A stretch of 64,000 bases of DNA from Octopus sinensis (GCF_006345805.1 NC_043010.1:22940001-23004000); one strand, 5' to 3'; counted from the stretch's first letter, positions 1 through 13,213 are shown. Notes: a model not told the origin generated them from the sequence alone. Numbers and translations: made by a program.

Positions 1-59
1 AGTGAGATGTGGAAATATTTACAAATGGAAAAACTAATAATTGTATATATGTTTATGTG

Positions 60-102
<43 letters not shown>

Positions 103-581
103 GTGTGTGTGTGTCTCTGTATATGTATATATATATATTTGCACCTACAAATATACGCGTACATACATACGTACATCCACTGCACAAATGGAGCATACAT
201 ATAGATGCGCGCACGTACACATACACATACATATACACACAGGCACATACACGCACACACAAACACAAAATAGTCACGAGATTAATTTTATATGAATTTT
301 TAAAAAATAATTACATCGACTCTGCATTTATATGTCGAATACTTTGCTTGAGAAACGGTTCTTCCTCCTCGTTTTCTCTTGAAACTGATACAGCACCAAT
401 TCCACAGACATACATAGATGAATACATACATACGTACATACATACATACTTATGTAAATATATTATACAAGTATATAGACACATGCTGTATATGAAACAT
501 AGTTTATACTATGTCGTTAAGTTCATACCTCACACCTCAAAAGCCATCATCACCTAATTAAATGTGTGCGCGCGTATATAC

Positions 582-635
<54 letters not shown>

Positions 636-638
<3 letters not shown>

Positions 639-1017
639 TAGGAGTAATTTGCTTACGAACCATATGGTTCCGGATTTAGTCCCACTGCATGGCACCTTTG
701 GCAAGTGTCTTCTACTATAAAGCTTTGTGAGTGGATTTGGTAGACGGAAACTGAAAGAAGCCCGCCATATATATGTGTATATATATCTATGTATATGTAT
801 ATGTATATGTTTATGTGTATATATGTTTATGTGCCTCTGTTCGTCCCCCACCATCGCTTGACAATCGATGTTGGTGTGTTTACGTCCCCGTAAATTAGCG
901 GTTCGGCAAAAGTGACCGATAGAATAAGTACTAGGCATACAAAGATTAAGTCCTGGGGTCGATCTGCTCCAGTGTGGCCACAGTCAAATGACTGAAACAA
1001 GTAAAATAGTAAAAGAG
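636..1017 (+). mobile_element. tRNA-derived SINE, family A (head, internal microsatellite, CR1-like tail)
   Basis: gtcccactgcatggcacc...gcaagtgtcttctactata...gtgagtggatttggtagacggaaactgaaagaagccc, then a microsatellite, then tail ...cagtcaaatgactgaaacaagtaaaa. More than 10 copies or fragments in the window. Confidence 0.8.
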
Positions 1018-1689
1018 TATACATATACAAGATGGTGCCGAACTAACAACAAGTGTGTGTTAATGTGTCTCTCCTAAATTTTAAGTCCTTCAAGAGATCG
1101 ATGTTATCAGAAGTGAAATTTTTCTGTAAAGCGAATATAAGTGAAAGTACGACAAGGCACTGTATTTGAGAAGAATATTTTCGCTTTTGATATAGTATTT
1201 GCAACTAGAACATACCTCGCGAGCACATGTGTTGAAAGCACGTGTGTTACTTCCTGAAATCGAAGTGAATTTTTGTCTGTGAAACAACGACAAGACAGTA
1301 TTTTTGAGAAGCATATTTTCGCTTTTGGTGTCGTATATCTGCGTGTTTTGAAAGCTTCTGAAAAATTTGCTGCCTAATACCAAATTGCTTAAGAAAATAT
1401 AGAAAGTATTGTTAATTTTTGCATCTACGAAATCGGAACGCTATTCTTTCCTTTCGTTTACAAAATACAAGTGAGGAATATCAAAGGTCTGTCTTAGTAT
1501 CTATCTTCCTTTCTTATAAAACTGAGTGACGGTAAGTGTTCTCTCAGCCGGTAAGGTAAGGAAAAATATTATTTATTATTAATGTTCTCTCAACCAGAAG
1601 ATAATAATTTAAAAAAAAGATATAAAAGATATAAAAAATACGCGCTATTCTATCTTTAACGCGTTTGTTTAATGATTCGTCCTTCCTAT

Positions 1690-2625
1690 CTGCCACACTC
1701 TCTCTCTATCTCTTCCTTACATTTCTATTTCTATCTCTTTCATTTCTTACATTTCTATCTCTTACATTTCTATCGTTTTCTTACATTTTTATACCTTATC
1801 TGTCTCTCCATCCACCAGACCCTCTATTTCCGCTCTCTCTCCCCTCCTCTGTCTCTCTCTGCCATCGTTTCTCTTTCTGCATCTCCCTCTCAGATCAACT
1901 TTCTCACATCTCACCCCCCTCTCAGTTCCTCTACTTCACTCATTCTCTCTTGTATCTATATACCGCCCTCTCTCTCTCTTTTTCTCTCTCTCTCTGTTAC
2001 TCCCCCTCCCACTCTCTGCCTCTTTTCTCTCCGCTCCTTCACAGGTCAAACCCCTTTTCCTCTTCTCCTTCTGTCCCCTTATTTCTTTCTCTACACCACC
2101 CTCCCTGTCCCTTTACTACACTCTCTTGCACCTCTGTCGCGCCCCCTCTTTCCCTCTCCTCCTTTTTCTTCCTACCTTTCCTCTCCCTACTCCCTCTAAG
2201 GCTCACCACTTGTCTCTTTTTTCCTCGTTCTGTCATCTTCCTCCACACCACCCTCTCTGTCCCTTTACTTTACTCTCTGGTACCTCTATCCCGACCTCTC
2301 TCTCTCTCCCTCTCCATTTTATCTCTCCGCCTTTCTTCTCCCTGCTCCCCCTAGGGTCCATCCTCTTGTCTCTCTTTTCCTCCCTGTCCCTTTACTTTCT
2401 TTCTACTACACCTCTATCCCGCTCACTCTCTCCCTGCTGACCTGCCATTCTTTCTCTTTTTTCTCTTTTCTCTCTTTTTTTCTCTTTTTCTCTTTTTTTC
2501 TCTCTTCTCTCAGGACAATCCCCTCGTCTCTCTCTCTATCCCCCCTGGCTTTTCTCCTTTCTCCTCTCGCTCTCCGGTCAACCATCTTATCTTTCCTTCT
2601 CTCTCTGTTCCTATATTTCACTCTC
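1690..2625. repeat. CT-rich polypyrimidine low-complexity tract
   Basis: About 900 bp of almost only C/T; ORFs here are S/L/P/F compositional artefacts. Confidence 0.85.
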
Positions 2626-2996
2626 ACTGTATCTCGGGCGAAAATGTCAAGAAACTGGTCGGCGAGGGAGTTGCAATTGTTCGTCCGCGCTTGGAAGATT
2701 GCCGAGGACGATTGCCGAACAATATCATTGCAGCGGCGCTGAAGAGCAATGATTTTTCAAGCACCACCGCCCAGATAGAGTGAAAGAAACGAGAATTTAT
2801 CCGTTCATATGCTCTAATCAGGCAACATGTAGACACTCTGGACATCATCCTAGGAGGTGACGGCATCAGGGAAGGCCAAACGGATGAAGAACACATCCAG
2901 GACCCAACAAAAGACAAAACCGAGAAACCTAGAACACAGGGAAACAATGACACATGTCCAGCTCCCAACACCACAACTGAAGACCAAAGAGGTGCG

Positions 2997-3254
2997 ATGG
3001 TTGCAAGAAAAGAAAAGCACCCCAAAATTGATGGGAAACAGGAGGTAAAAGGCAAGAAAATCAAAGCTAAAACAAACCCTGTCCAGAGAAAACAAAAGGA
3101 CCCCAGCAAGAACGATAAGGGCAAAGAAAGAAACATCTGCAAATTCTACCTGAAGGGGGACTGCTGGTACGGCGTCGAAGGTGCGAACTGTCACTTTGCA
3201 CATCAGAGGCCCTACCAAAACCGCACGGACGCGAGACAAGGGTCCCTCCCTTGA
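2997..3254 (+). pseudogene. LINE ORF1 fragment with CCCH-type zinc finger
   Basis: CKFYLKGDCWYGVEGANCHFAH = C-x7-C-x8-C-x3-H, upstream of ORF2; frame broken by stops and frameshifts. Confidence 0.7.
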
Positions 3255-3415
3255 GGAGAACAAAATGAAAAAGAAAAAGAAAAATATAAAAGAAGGAAAA
3301 AAAGCGCACTGACCAGTCCTGAAAGACGATATGCGGATATGGTGCGCGGTAACCCAACAAATGGCCAGCTTCACCTAGATGTGAGAAGGGCAGCAGCTGA
3401 ACAGCAATCTTTTTT

Positions 3416-4648
3416 GTGCATGGCACAAAAAATTGTTCAGCAGCTGAACTGGCTACAAGCACAAATCTGGAACTACCACCACATAAGGCCACCACCAACA
3501 GATGCAGGATGGCCACCACAGACACCGACACCAACACACACACCACAAAAATATTTCTACTGAACGTAGGAGGGCTGCTGCGCGGAAACTGTAAAAGGAA
3601 AATCTCATTTCTGAGAGACCTTGTGACATGCAATCAAGCTATATGCATGGCACTCACAGAAACGCATCTTGAACCCGATATAGGTGATGCAGAAATACAC
3701 ATTCCGCAATATGCAGTCATACGCACAGATAAAAGAGGGAGGAGCCATGGTGGAATTGCAATGTACATCCGAGATGACAACACGCCCCAGGTCCCGTTGT
3801 CATATTCAAACTCAGTCTGTGAAACTCAAATTGTACACATAAGACAACTGAATATCGTCATATGCACTACATATCGCCCACCAGATGCCCCAAATCACTC
3901 AGGCATGTTTGAAGACTGCCTAACAAAAATAGGAGAAGTCCTCACCAACCTTGAACAACACAACAGTGTATTCTTCATGGTTGACTTTAACTTCCCCAAT
4001 GTGGAATGGCCTGGGGAGCAGATGCTCTCAGGGATGACACACCATCAGCAGGCACAGGCAGAGTCCCTGCTCCATCTCACAAATGCCTCTTTCATGGAGC
4101 AAATAGTTCTGCAACCAACAAGGGCAGATACTATATTGGATCTCTGCTTCACAAACAATATGGATATTATCCATAATGTTAATGTGATGCCGACAATGAT
4201 CTCGGATCACAACATAATAGAGCTATCTATGTATGGAACAAAAGCCCTCATAGACACACAGCCTATACGAAGCATCCACCATCTCTCCAACTTAAACTTT
4301 CATAAAGCAAACTGGAAGTTGATTGAGAAAGAGATCCTCAAACAGGATTGGCCTAAATGTCTCTCCACACCGGACATTAACATGAAACACAAACACTTCA
4401 TGTCCATAATACAAGCCATATGTGACAAATATGTCCCAGTGTGCAGGGCCAGCACACACAAAAATAAAAACAGGATCCCTAGAGAAAGGAAGATTCTTAT
4501 GAGACGACGGACAAGGATTGCGAACCGCCTGAGCAAGCATACCAAAAGTGGTGAGAAGTCTCGGCTCGAGAGAATGCTAATGGAAATTGAGAAAAGTCTG
4601 CATCAGTCCCATGAAAAGGAGAGAGAGCAGATAAAGAAGCTTGGGTAA
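3416..4648 (+). pseudogene. LINE ORF2 N-terminus: apurinic-like (APE) endonuclease and linker
   Basis: 410-aa ORF with APE motifs; continues by frameshift (NPKAFFKFAK) to 4868 and then stops abruptly. Confidence 0.88.
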
Positions 4649-5488
4649 TAGAAAATATAAAATCAAACCCTAAAGCTTTCTTTAAGTTTGCCAAAGAGAC
4701 AGCCACAGTGCACCAGATAATAAGACTTCTCTTCCAAAAAGATGGCTCTCTCACAGGAAATCCCACGAGGATAAGTGAAATACTGAACGAACAATTCCAA
4801 AGTGTGTTCACTACACCTCTAGGACACAGGCAAGTAAACAACCCAGAAGAATTCTTTGCCACTTTACCTATATATATATTTAGATAGATAGATAGATAGA
4901 TAGATATACACATATGTATAAGTATATATATATATATACGTATATATACAAGCAATGAAAAGAAGATAAATTCTTTAACACGTCTTTGATAAGTTACAAA
5001 TGTTTGCGTGTCATCACCATTTGCAACGCGTGTGCGCGCTCACACATATAATATCGTCTTTATAGCGTGCTTTAGAAAGCCTCTACACGGGTACCGGCTA
5101 CCATATGTCATCATGCAGTAGGAAATCTTTTACTAAATATACATGTGGAAACCTGTTAATATCTGCAGAATTTATACCAAAACAGTGATAATGCAAGAAG
5201 ATGGAATGAACATGCTTTAATCCTAAATCACTACTATTGTTTCTTTGAGTTAGTATCAGCTGGTGATTGGCGAGTGTGTCACATATTATACACATTATAA
5301 TACATCCTGCTGGTACGCAGCGAACAATAGCTGGTCTTCAGGAAAGTGTATTCGAGAACACACACACACACACACACAAATACGCATACATATATATACA
5401 GACACATACACATACATATACACAAACATACCTAAACATACATACACACATACATATACACATCCATACCTATACACATGCAAATATA

Positions 5489-5531
<43 letters not shown>

Positions 5532-5559
5532 CACATACATATACACATATATACCTATG

Positions 5560-5885
5560 TTTAGACCCCCTTCGATCTATCCCATGACTGACCATGGGAT
5601 TGCACCTAGAGAGTTACTCTCCCAGGCACAAGTCCGGGTAGGGTTGTTTATGGAAGACCAGCAGTCACCCATGCATACCAGCCTTCCCTCTCCACGCCAC
5701 CGATGTTAAACAAGGAAAAGGCAAAGGCCGATACAGCTTGGCACCTGTGACGTCGCAACTGAGTGACCTGGAGCAACGTGAAATAAAGTGTCCTGCTCAT
5801 GAACACAACAAGCAGCCCGGTCCGGGATTCGAACTCACAACCTTACGATCGTAATGTCGACGCTCTAGCCACTGAGCCATGCGTA
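5560..5885 (-). mobile_element. tRNA-derived SINE with CORE-like central segment
   Basis: Minus strand: A box TGGCTCAGTGG, B box GAGTTCGAATCCC, then gtgttcatgagcaggacacttta (CORE-like, by recall). Related head at about 21560-21655. Confidence 0.75.
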
Positions 5886-6108
5886 TTCCATACATATTCA
5901 CATACATACATGCATATATATATATATTTACACACACACACACATACATATACATAAATATACATATAGAGATATACAGATACTTACACACACATATATG
6001 CATTTATGAATATAAATAAATAAATATGAATATATATATATACACATATACAAATACATATACATACACATACATATATGCATGTGTGTGTGCGTGAGGG
6101 TGCGTGTA

Positions 6109-6141
<33 letters not shown>

Positions 6142-7029
6142 TTGTACGGCTTTTTGTTCTATTTGTTTTTACTCTGACATAGAAGCTGTGACAGAAACCT
6201 GTCCCATACACCAGGTCTTTGAAGAGGCGCTAACGAAATAAGGCAGATGCTAATAGCGTGTGCGCATTGTTACTGTTTTATCGTTATTTTCTAATTTTCA
6301 TATTTCTTTGGGACGAGTGGGGCGGTACTAACGGAGCGTTTGATGTCAAAGCTTTCATCAAGAATTGTGAATCTGAGATATTTTTTCGGTCGTACCCTGT
6401 AGTATATCCAAGACTACAAAGAGTTCAAAGGTGGTGAAATTTTCTTTTTCACCATCTTTTTTTAGTTTTTCGTTTCTCTTTTCCAATCGTGAAGACTATA
6501 TTTCGCTGTATTGAACAGTGATAGATTGATTAATGATTTTTATTCTGGTCATCTTTTTTCTTTATTATTTATCGAGAAAGAAAAATGACAAAACGTCAAA
6601 CTTTTCTAAAGTCTATAAGAAAGATTTACGACAACACCATCCACAGAATGGTACAATGAAATTTCTTTGGATCGTCGGGGGAAATTTCTCTTCCGATGAC
6701 ACAGTTGATTCCAAAATATATTTCTTTGAGAATTAATGATGCCTTAGAATTTGGTGGTTTTTGTTGTATATTTAGCTCAGCTTTGGAAGACCGATGATCA
6801 AAGACTTTACATTTTTGACCATTCCATGGATGATTTCTTTTTCAGACATAAAAGATGCAATGTATCTTTCCTTTTTTTACGAATATATCACGTGACCTGA
6901 GGAATATTGGGCATAGTTTCTCAGGTTGTTGTTGTTGCTATCATGGTTGTTGTCATCGTTGGTGTGGTTGTGTTAATTGTTGTTGTGGGTGTTGTTGTTG
7001 TGTGTGTGTCCGTATGTATATGTGTGTTT

Positions 7030-7212
7030 GTGTTTTTTCCCCGCCAACGCTTGATAACCGGTGTTGGTTTGTTCACGTCCCCCATAACTTGGTGGTTTCA
7101 CAGAAAGTGGATGCGCACCAAGCTCAATGAATAAGTACCGGGCTCATTTTGTTCGACTAAACCTTTCAAGGAGGCCGCGACCGAATGACTAAATTAAGTG
7201 AAAGATAAAAGA
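7030..7212 (+). mobile_element. SINE family A, diverged 3' half
   Basis: cgcttgataaccggtgttggtttgttcacgtccccataactt...gaataagtaccggg...gactaaa matches the family A tail. Confidence 0.6.
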
Positions 7213-7480
7213 TAATAATATACGTGTGTATTTATACGTATGTGGGCACGAATGTGTGTGTGTGATGTATGTGTATTTGCGTGCGTGTGTGTGTATGTGC
7301 ATGCATGCATGCGTGTGTGTGTATATATGAGTGAGTGCGCACTTTTGTTTGTATATATAAGGCTGTGCAAAACTCATTTTATTCAATGCCCAAGCGACTA
7401 TTTCCAAAGCGTTTGGTCTTCCCATGTCCGAGTGTACACGAACATATTAAATATAATTGTTCAACCATATAATTTGTGCA

Positions 7481-7513
<33 letters not shown>

Positions 7514-7662
7514 ATGTTTGTGTGTGAGCGTGCATCCATGCGTGCGTTTACATAAGAGCTAAAGAAAATCCTGGAAGTTTCTTCTAAATTATATTCGGAC
7601 GTTATTTTTCAGTAATGGTAACACGTCTGATGACTCCACTAGATTATGATGTTCATTAAATA

Positions 7663-7831
7663 CTGGGTTGGCGCATAATTATTGTGGCTTTTTTTTTTTC
7701 AAGCAAATGGGAAGCAGTAGATGGTGAATATGCTCCGGAATAATCATTTAAAGATGTGTTTGTTACATGTCATTGTTTTTGTTGAATAAAATTTGTTGAT
7801 AAAAAGCCGCAATAATTATTCACCAACCCAA
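7663..7831 (+). mobile_element. mariner (Tc1/mariner) internally deleted element / MITE with TA target duplication
   Basis: TIRs ctgggttggcgcataattattgtggcttttt and aaaaagccgcaataattattcaccaacccaa, flanked by TA (7661-7662, 7832-7833). Interior encodes SKWEAVDGEYAPE*, resembling a mariner transposase C-terminus. Confidence 0.75.
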
Positions 7832-8115
7832 TATATTGATCATAATTACGGGTCTGCGGCTATGTCGGGCTTAGTTTTAAGGTAGTTTTAACTGATGAAA
7901 TCAACTTCCGGTAGTATCTTTATTAATCTTGGAGGTGGACGGGAGTCAAAGAAAACCGGATTCAAAGGGAAGCAGCAGAAATCAATCAGAATTGCAGGAA
8001 ATATTCGGCTCTTGTCCCTACCGTACACACACACACACACTGACACATAAACGCACACACACCCACATACACACACACAAACACACACACACGCACGCAC
8101 ACACATATATATATG

Positions 8116-8487
8116 GCAGCTTAGGCAAGTGTCTTCTACTATAGCATCGTACCGACCAAAGCCTTGTTAGTGGAATTTGGTAGACGGAAACTGAAAAAAG
8201 CCCGTCCTATATATGTGTGTGTATATACTGTATATATATATGTGTGTGTATGTGTGTGTGTGTGTGCGTGTGCGTGTATGTGTGTGTGTGTGTATGTTTG
8301 TGTGTTTGTCCCCCCAACATCGCTTGACAGCCGATGGTGTGTTTATGTCCCCGTAACTTAGCGGTTCGTCAAAAGGGACCGATAGAATAAGTACTAGACT
8401 TACAAAGAATGAGTCCTGGGGTCCATTTGCTCGACTAAAGGCGGTGCTCCAGCATGGCCACAGCCAAATGACTGAAAAGAGTAAAAG

Positions 8488-8490
<3 letters not shown>
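8116..8490 (+). mobile_element. SINE family A, 5'-truncated, followed by (GATA)n
   Basis: Same body and tail (ggcggtgctccagcatggccacagccaaatgactgaaa). Confidence 0.8.
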
Positions 8491-8538
<48 letters not shown>

Positions 8539-8905
8539 GAGTGAGATAGATAGACAGATATAAATACACGTAAATTCCACTCTCTAGATATTGCTAAACC
8601 CGTAGCCGTAGTATTTATCCGCTTATGCAAACTGCAGCGCAATGGGATCGAACTTGCTGTGACGAGCTTAGAAGTGAACTACTTAACTATGTGTATTATT
8701 TTGTACTGTAAATCATTGGTGTGACACTACACTGCATTGAACACTATAGACGACCGCTGCTGCTGTTGCTGCCGCTGCTGCTGCTGCTGCTGTTGCTTGT
8801 GTATTGGATGAAGACAGACTTGGCAAACCACAGTTTTATCGAATTCTGACAACTGTTCATTTCCCATCCAACAGCTAGCTGTCGGGCATATTGGATTTGG
8901 AAGGA

Positions 8906-8991
<86 letters not shown>

Positions 8992-9696
8992 ACTCTCTCT
9001 ATCTGCTTCTGAGCCATTGTTGTAATGGTCGTCGTCGTTGTAGTTGTGGTTGTTTTTCTTTTGTTGTTTCTTTGTTATTGCCTCTTCTCATCATCATAGC
9101 TATCATCGTTATCATAATCATCGTCATCATTGTTGTCATTTTCATTCATCATCATCATCATCATCACCGCCGCCGCCACCATCTCTGCTACCCACCGCCA
9201 TCATTACCATCCAGTTCCTCCTTCTCTTGCTCCTGCTCCTACGCCTTTTCCTCCTCACTACCACCACCACCACCTCCACCACCACTACCACCACCATCAC
9301 CACCACCATCACCGCCACCATCACCAACATCATCATAATCATTATTATCATCGTCACCATCAACCCCAGCACCAGCACCACCACCACTACCATCTGCAGC
9401 AATAGCAGCAGCACCTCTAACAGCAGGAGCAGCCTCGTCGCACCTTGTCTTGTCCAGGAGGTCGATCGCATCGACCTATACCCTCCTCTTAATAGAATTA
9501 ACCAATGCCAATCAGAAGAACCCACCTCTACCCTATTCGCCTCTCTTCACCCCCAACTCATTCCCATAATCCTCTTCCTTCTCCCACCCTTTCTCATTTT
9601 AGTCGTCTACGTCTTTATTATTTTCAATATTTCTTTCCCAAATAATTTCTTTACATTTTTGTCGTCGTTAATTGCGTTTCTTACCAATCTCATTAA

Positions 9697-9903
9697 GGCG
9701 GCGATTCCGGCAGAAATCGTTAAGACGCCGGACGAAACGTTTGGCGGCATTTCTTCCGGTTTTACTTTCTACGTTCAAATTCCGCCGAGGTCAACTTCGC
9801 CTTTCATACTTTCGCAGTCCATAAAGTAAATACCACTGGGAAGTCGATGAAATCTAGTAGCCTCCTCCCACAAAAATTTCGGCTTTGTGTCAAAACTTGA
9901 AAC
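9697..9903 (+). mobile_element. tRNA-like SINE family M with (ATT)n tail
   Basis: ggcggcga...ggcagaaatcgtta...gttcaaattccgccgaggtcaacttcgcctttcat... Copies at 15345-15578(-), 27625-28120(-), 32260-32480(+). The central motif gcctttcatcctttcggg..cgataaattaagtaccag resembles the Meta/Sauria-type SINE domain (recall, unverified). Confidence 0.7.
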
Positions 9904-9935
9904 CATTATTATTATCATAATTATTGTTATTATTA

Positions 9936-10000
<65 letters not shown>

Positions 10001-10001
<1 letters not shown>

Positions 10002-12533
10002 TGTTTGACTTTTGCTTTATGTCTGTACAAGTTGGCTCCAAGTCTCACCCAGAGACCTCAAGAGACAACAGGTTGGAAGTTCACGTTGTTGTTATGCCTA
10101 GTGTGCCATATATTTGTTTTTTTTTTTTGATGTTGTACTAGTGAATGTCTAATATATTAATTTTTTTAAAAAAGTTTGTTTTAAACCTTGGGATTACATA
10201 GAGAGTATTTTGCGTAGGATATGAGCAGTTCCCATGAGCACTATCTTTTGAATTTCTGCCATTTTGGGGTTTCCTGGTATCTGAGTTAGGTAGCAATCAG
10301 CCCCTTTCGCTATCATACCCAGGGAACCTATGACAACAGGTATTGTTTTAGTCTTCAGCATCCACATTTTGCTGATTTCTATTTCAAGATCTTTATATTT
10401 GCTCAGTTTTTGGTAGGTCTTGACAGATATGTTTATATCGATTGGGACAGTCATATCAATGAGGAGGCATGTTCTTTGTCTGAAGTCTTTCAATATGATG
10501 TCTGGCCTATTTGCATCTATCTTTCTGTCAGTTTGAATGGTGAAGTTCCAGAGGAGTGAGATGTGCTCATTTTCAAGCACTGGAGGTGGATTGTGTTCCC
10601 ACCAGTTTTTTTCATGGGCAAATCCAGGTTTTTGCAAAATACCCAGTGAATATATTGTGCAGCTCTATCATGCCTGTTGAGGTACTCTGTAGGCGCTAGA
10701 AGACTGCATTTGGAGACAACATGATCAATGGTTTCATTTTGTTGTCGGCATACACGACATGTTGGGCTACTGCCGTTCTTTAAAATGATGGCCTTGTAGT
10801 TTCTTGTTGGTAGGCATTGATCTTGAGCTGCTATGATAAACCCCTCTGTTTCAGATTTTAAGCCAGAGGCCATTAGCATTTGATGGGTCAGGGCTTTGTA
10901 AATATCTGCATTATTCACTCTCTTTTGGGTATTTGCCATACAGAGGTTTTTCTTGCCATTTATTATTCAGAATATCTAAGGCCGCAGTTTTGGCACGGGT
11001 TTTCATGCGCCTAGCTTTTTCTGTGCTTGTTTCTTGTATGTCTATCTCTAATTCCGAAATTTGTTGTATTCGGAATTCACTTAGATATTTCTTTGCCTGT
11101 TTTGTTACTGAGTATGATGCTTTCTTGTTTTCATGTTTTGAGACAAGTTTTAACATCCAGTCCTCAGACTCTTTCAGGTAGGCCAATTGTAGCAATCTTC
11201 ATTGTTATTGCCAGTTGCAAAAGACCACGGCCTCCCTCTTTTCTTGGCAGATAAAGTCGTTCTGTATCTGCATTAGGGTGGTGCATTCTATGCATTGTCA
11301 ATAGTTTTCTTATTTTTCTGTCGAGCTGACATATTTCAGTAATTGACCAGTTATCGATATTGAAACTGTAAGTCACGACTGGTATGGCTAATGCATTGAT
11401 CGCTTCGATCCTGTTTCTTGCATTCAGCTCTGTCTTGAGTATTGCTCTCACTCTTCGATAACATTCTCTCCTGGTCCTTTGCTTCATCTCTGAATGCCTT
11501 ATTCCGTTCCCTTCAATTACCCCTAGGTACTTGTAGCTCTCCGCTGGGTCTAATTCTTTTATGACATTCTGCTGGTCAAGGTTAACGTTAGATGTTTCTG
11601 TCATTTTTTCTTTGATAAAGGTAGCTTTTGCACATTTATCGAGGCCGAATTGCATTCTGATGTCGTCACTGAATTGTTTGACTATCGCTAGTAAGCCCTT
11701 GAGTTGTTGGTCATTTTTTGCAAAGAGCTTTAAATCATCCATGTAAATGAGATGATTTATATTTTTATCAAAATTTTTATACCCGTACTGCGCGTCATTG
11801 AACAGTTTTGAGAGAGGTATTAAGGCTAAACAAAAGAGGAGTGGTGACAGTGAGTCACCCTGGAAAATGCCACACGAAATTTTTACATCACCAGCATTTA
11901 GGGATTCATTGTCACTGTTCAGAGTTAGTGTGGTTCTCCATGATCTCATACTTACAGTTAAAATGTTTCGCAGAGTAGGTGCTATCTTATACATTTCCAG
12001 GCATTTCCTAATCCAGCTATGTGGTAAGCTATCAAAAGCCTTTTTATAGTCTATCCAAGCTATTGATAAGTTTTTGTGTCGTTTGTGACAATCTTCTAAG
12101 ATCATCTTATTGATGAGTAGTTGATCTTTACAGCCGTAGGATCCACGTTTACATCCTTTCTGGTGTCTGTTAAAAAACTATAAGTATATTCCGTCAGGAC
12201 AGATGTTAGCGTTTTGTACATAGTTGTTAAGCAGGTTATGGGTCTATAGTTTTTTTGCTTCATTTGTTTCAACACGCTTTTCATACCTCGCTATGCGGGC
12301 AGCTTTGGCAGATACCTTTTGTTTGATGGTTTCTATGGTGGCATCAATATCATGTTTAGTTTTCATATTGTAATTTTTCAGCAATTTTGGGGTTTTTGTA
12401 GGTTTGGTATTCTTGTGAGACTTCAGGTTTTTCAAATATTCAATGTCAGATCTAAATAGTTTAATTTGTTGTTGCAGACGCTCTTGCCAAGAAGGCTTTT
12501 TGTGGGAATGTTGCGTTTTCTAATCTTTACACC
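10001..12533 (-). mobile_element. R4/Dong-clade non-LTR retrotransposon (RT, CCHC knuckle, restriction-like endonuclease), 5'-truncated and internally deleted, in a (TAA)n tract
   Basis: [101 protein letters not shown]. (ATT)n on both sides. Confidence 0.92.
11164..12105 (-). pseudogene. reverse transcriptase domain of the R4/Dong element
   Basis: 313-aa ORF with YMDD and QGD motifs; frameshifted at both ends. Confidence 0.9.
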
Positions 12534-12555
12534 ATTATTATTATTATCATCATCA

Positions 12556-12599
<44 letters not shown>

Positions 12600-13154
12600 G
12601 AGTGAGAGAGCAGTTCATGCCATCAAAGTGACACTGGGGTAAAATATACGAAGCCCAATATACCCATCATGACTACCCGTCTGATAAAGGTACACCAGGC
12701 ACATGCATCACAACCATATGTGCGCGACATGGTGATCTCATATCAAGATAAACAGCACATGACCTTGCAGGTGGGGCCCAGTTAGAATTTTCTTCAGGTT
12801 GAGTAGCCCATCCCGCTCAAACGGTCCCTGAATAAGGGTTGTTTAAGGATGTTGAAAGAACCACCCATGTTTCCAGAGGTGAACTATTCAAACCCCAAAA
12901 GAATCCCTCTCAACACATGGCTATGATGCTCCCCCACTACTTCTGCCAGTGATCAGAGATGCACATATCGTCAGCCACTAAGGGACATGCTCAACTGGTT
13001 AAGGTCAAACAACTGACAAGCAAATCTGTGGTATTGAGCAGAATATTTGCTGTAGCCCATCTTTTATACCAAGACAAAACAATGTACATGATAACACTTC
13101 CAATCAGTTAAGATCAGAAGCCATGAGAGCCACTGCCTGGTACTGCATCAGGGC

Positions 13155-13156
<2 letters not shown>
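12600..13156 (-). mobile_element. ~555-bp non-coding (TAA)n-embedded element, copy 1
   Basis: Near-identical copies at 23449, 30896 and 31585 with the same ends (gagtgagagagcag...catcagggcat), always within (ATT)n. Strand inferred from the Dong polarity. Confidence 0.8.

Positions 13157-13213
<57 letters not shown>

Larger units (their letters stand above)
2640..4868 (+). mobile_element. CR1-group LINE, 5' portion (disrupted ORF1 plus APE endonuclease region of ORF2), 3'-truncated at a TA/GATA microsatellite
   Basis: ORF 3416-4648 has APE motifs (ALTETHL, GGIAMYI, TYRPP, MVDFN, LDLCFTN, SDHN). Nearly identical to the inverted copy at 49290-52670, which carries the RT. The 5' boundary is approximate. 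Confidence 0.9.

Noticed and set aside
7-557. ORFs rich in YI/CV/TH repeats (here and throughout the window)
   Set aside because: Translations of (TA)n, (TG)n and (CA)n microsatellites, which lack stops in some frames.
5810-5885. tRNA gene candidate (A and B boxes)
   Set aside because: Runs directly into a SINE body with no acceptor stem or terminator; the same applies at 17081 and 34650.
9044-9829. 261-aa ORF with poly-T/I/S/H runs
   Set aside because: Trinucleotide low-complexity sequence running into a SINE; no domain.
12600-13156. Hammerhead or HDV ribozyme in the 555-bp element
   Set aside because: CTGACGA and CTGAAGA occur on the minus strand but lack a properly placed GAAA, UH and stems; no HDV fold could be built by eye.
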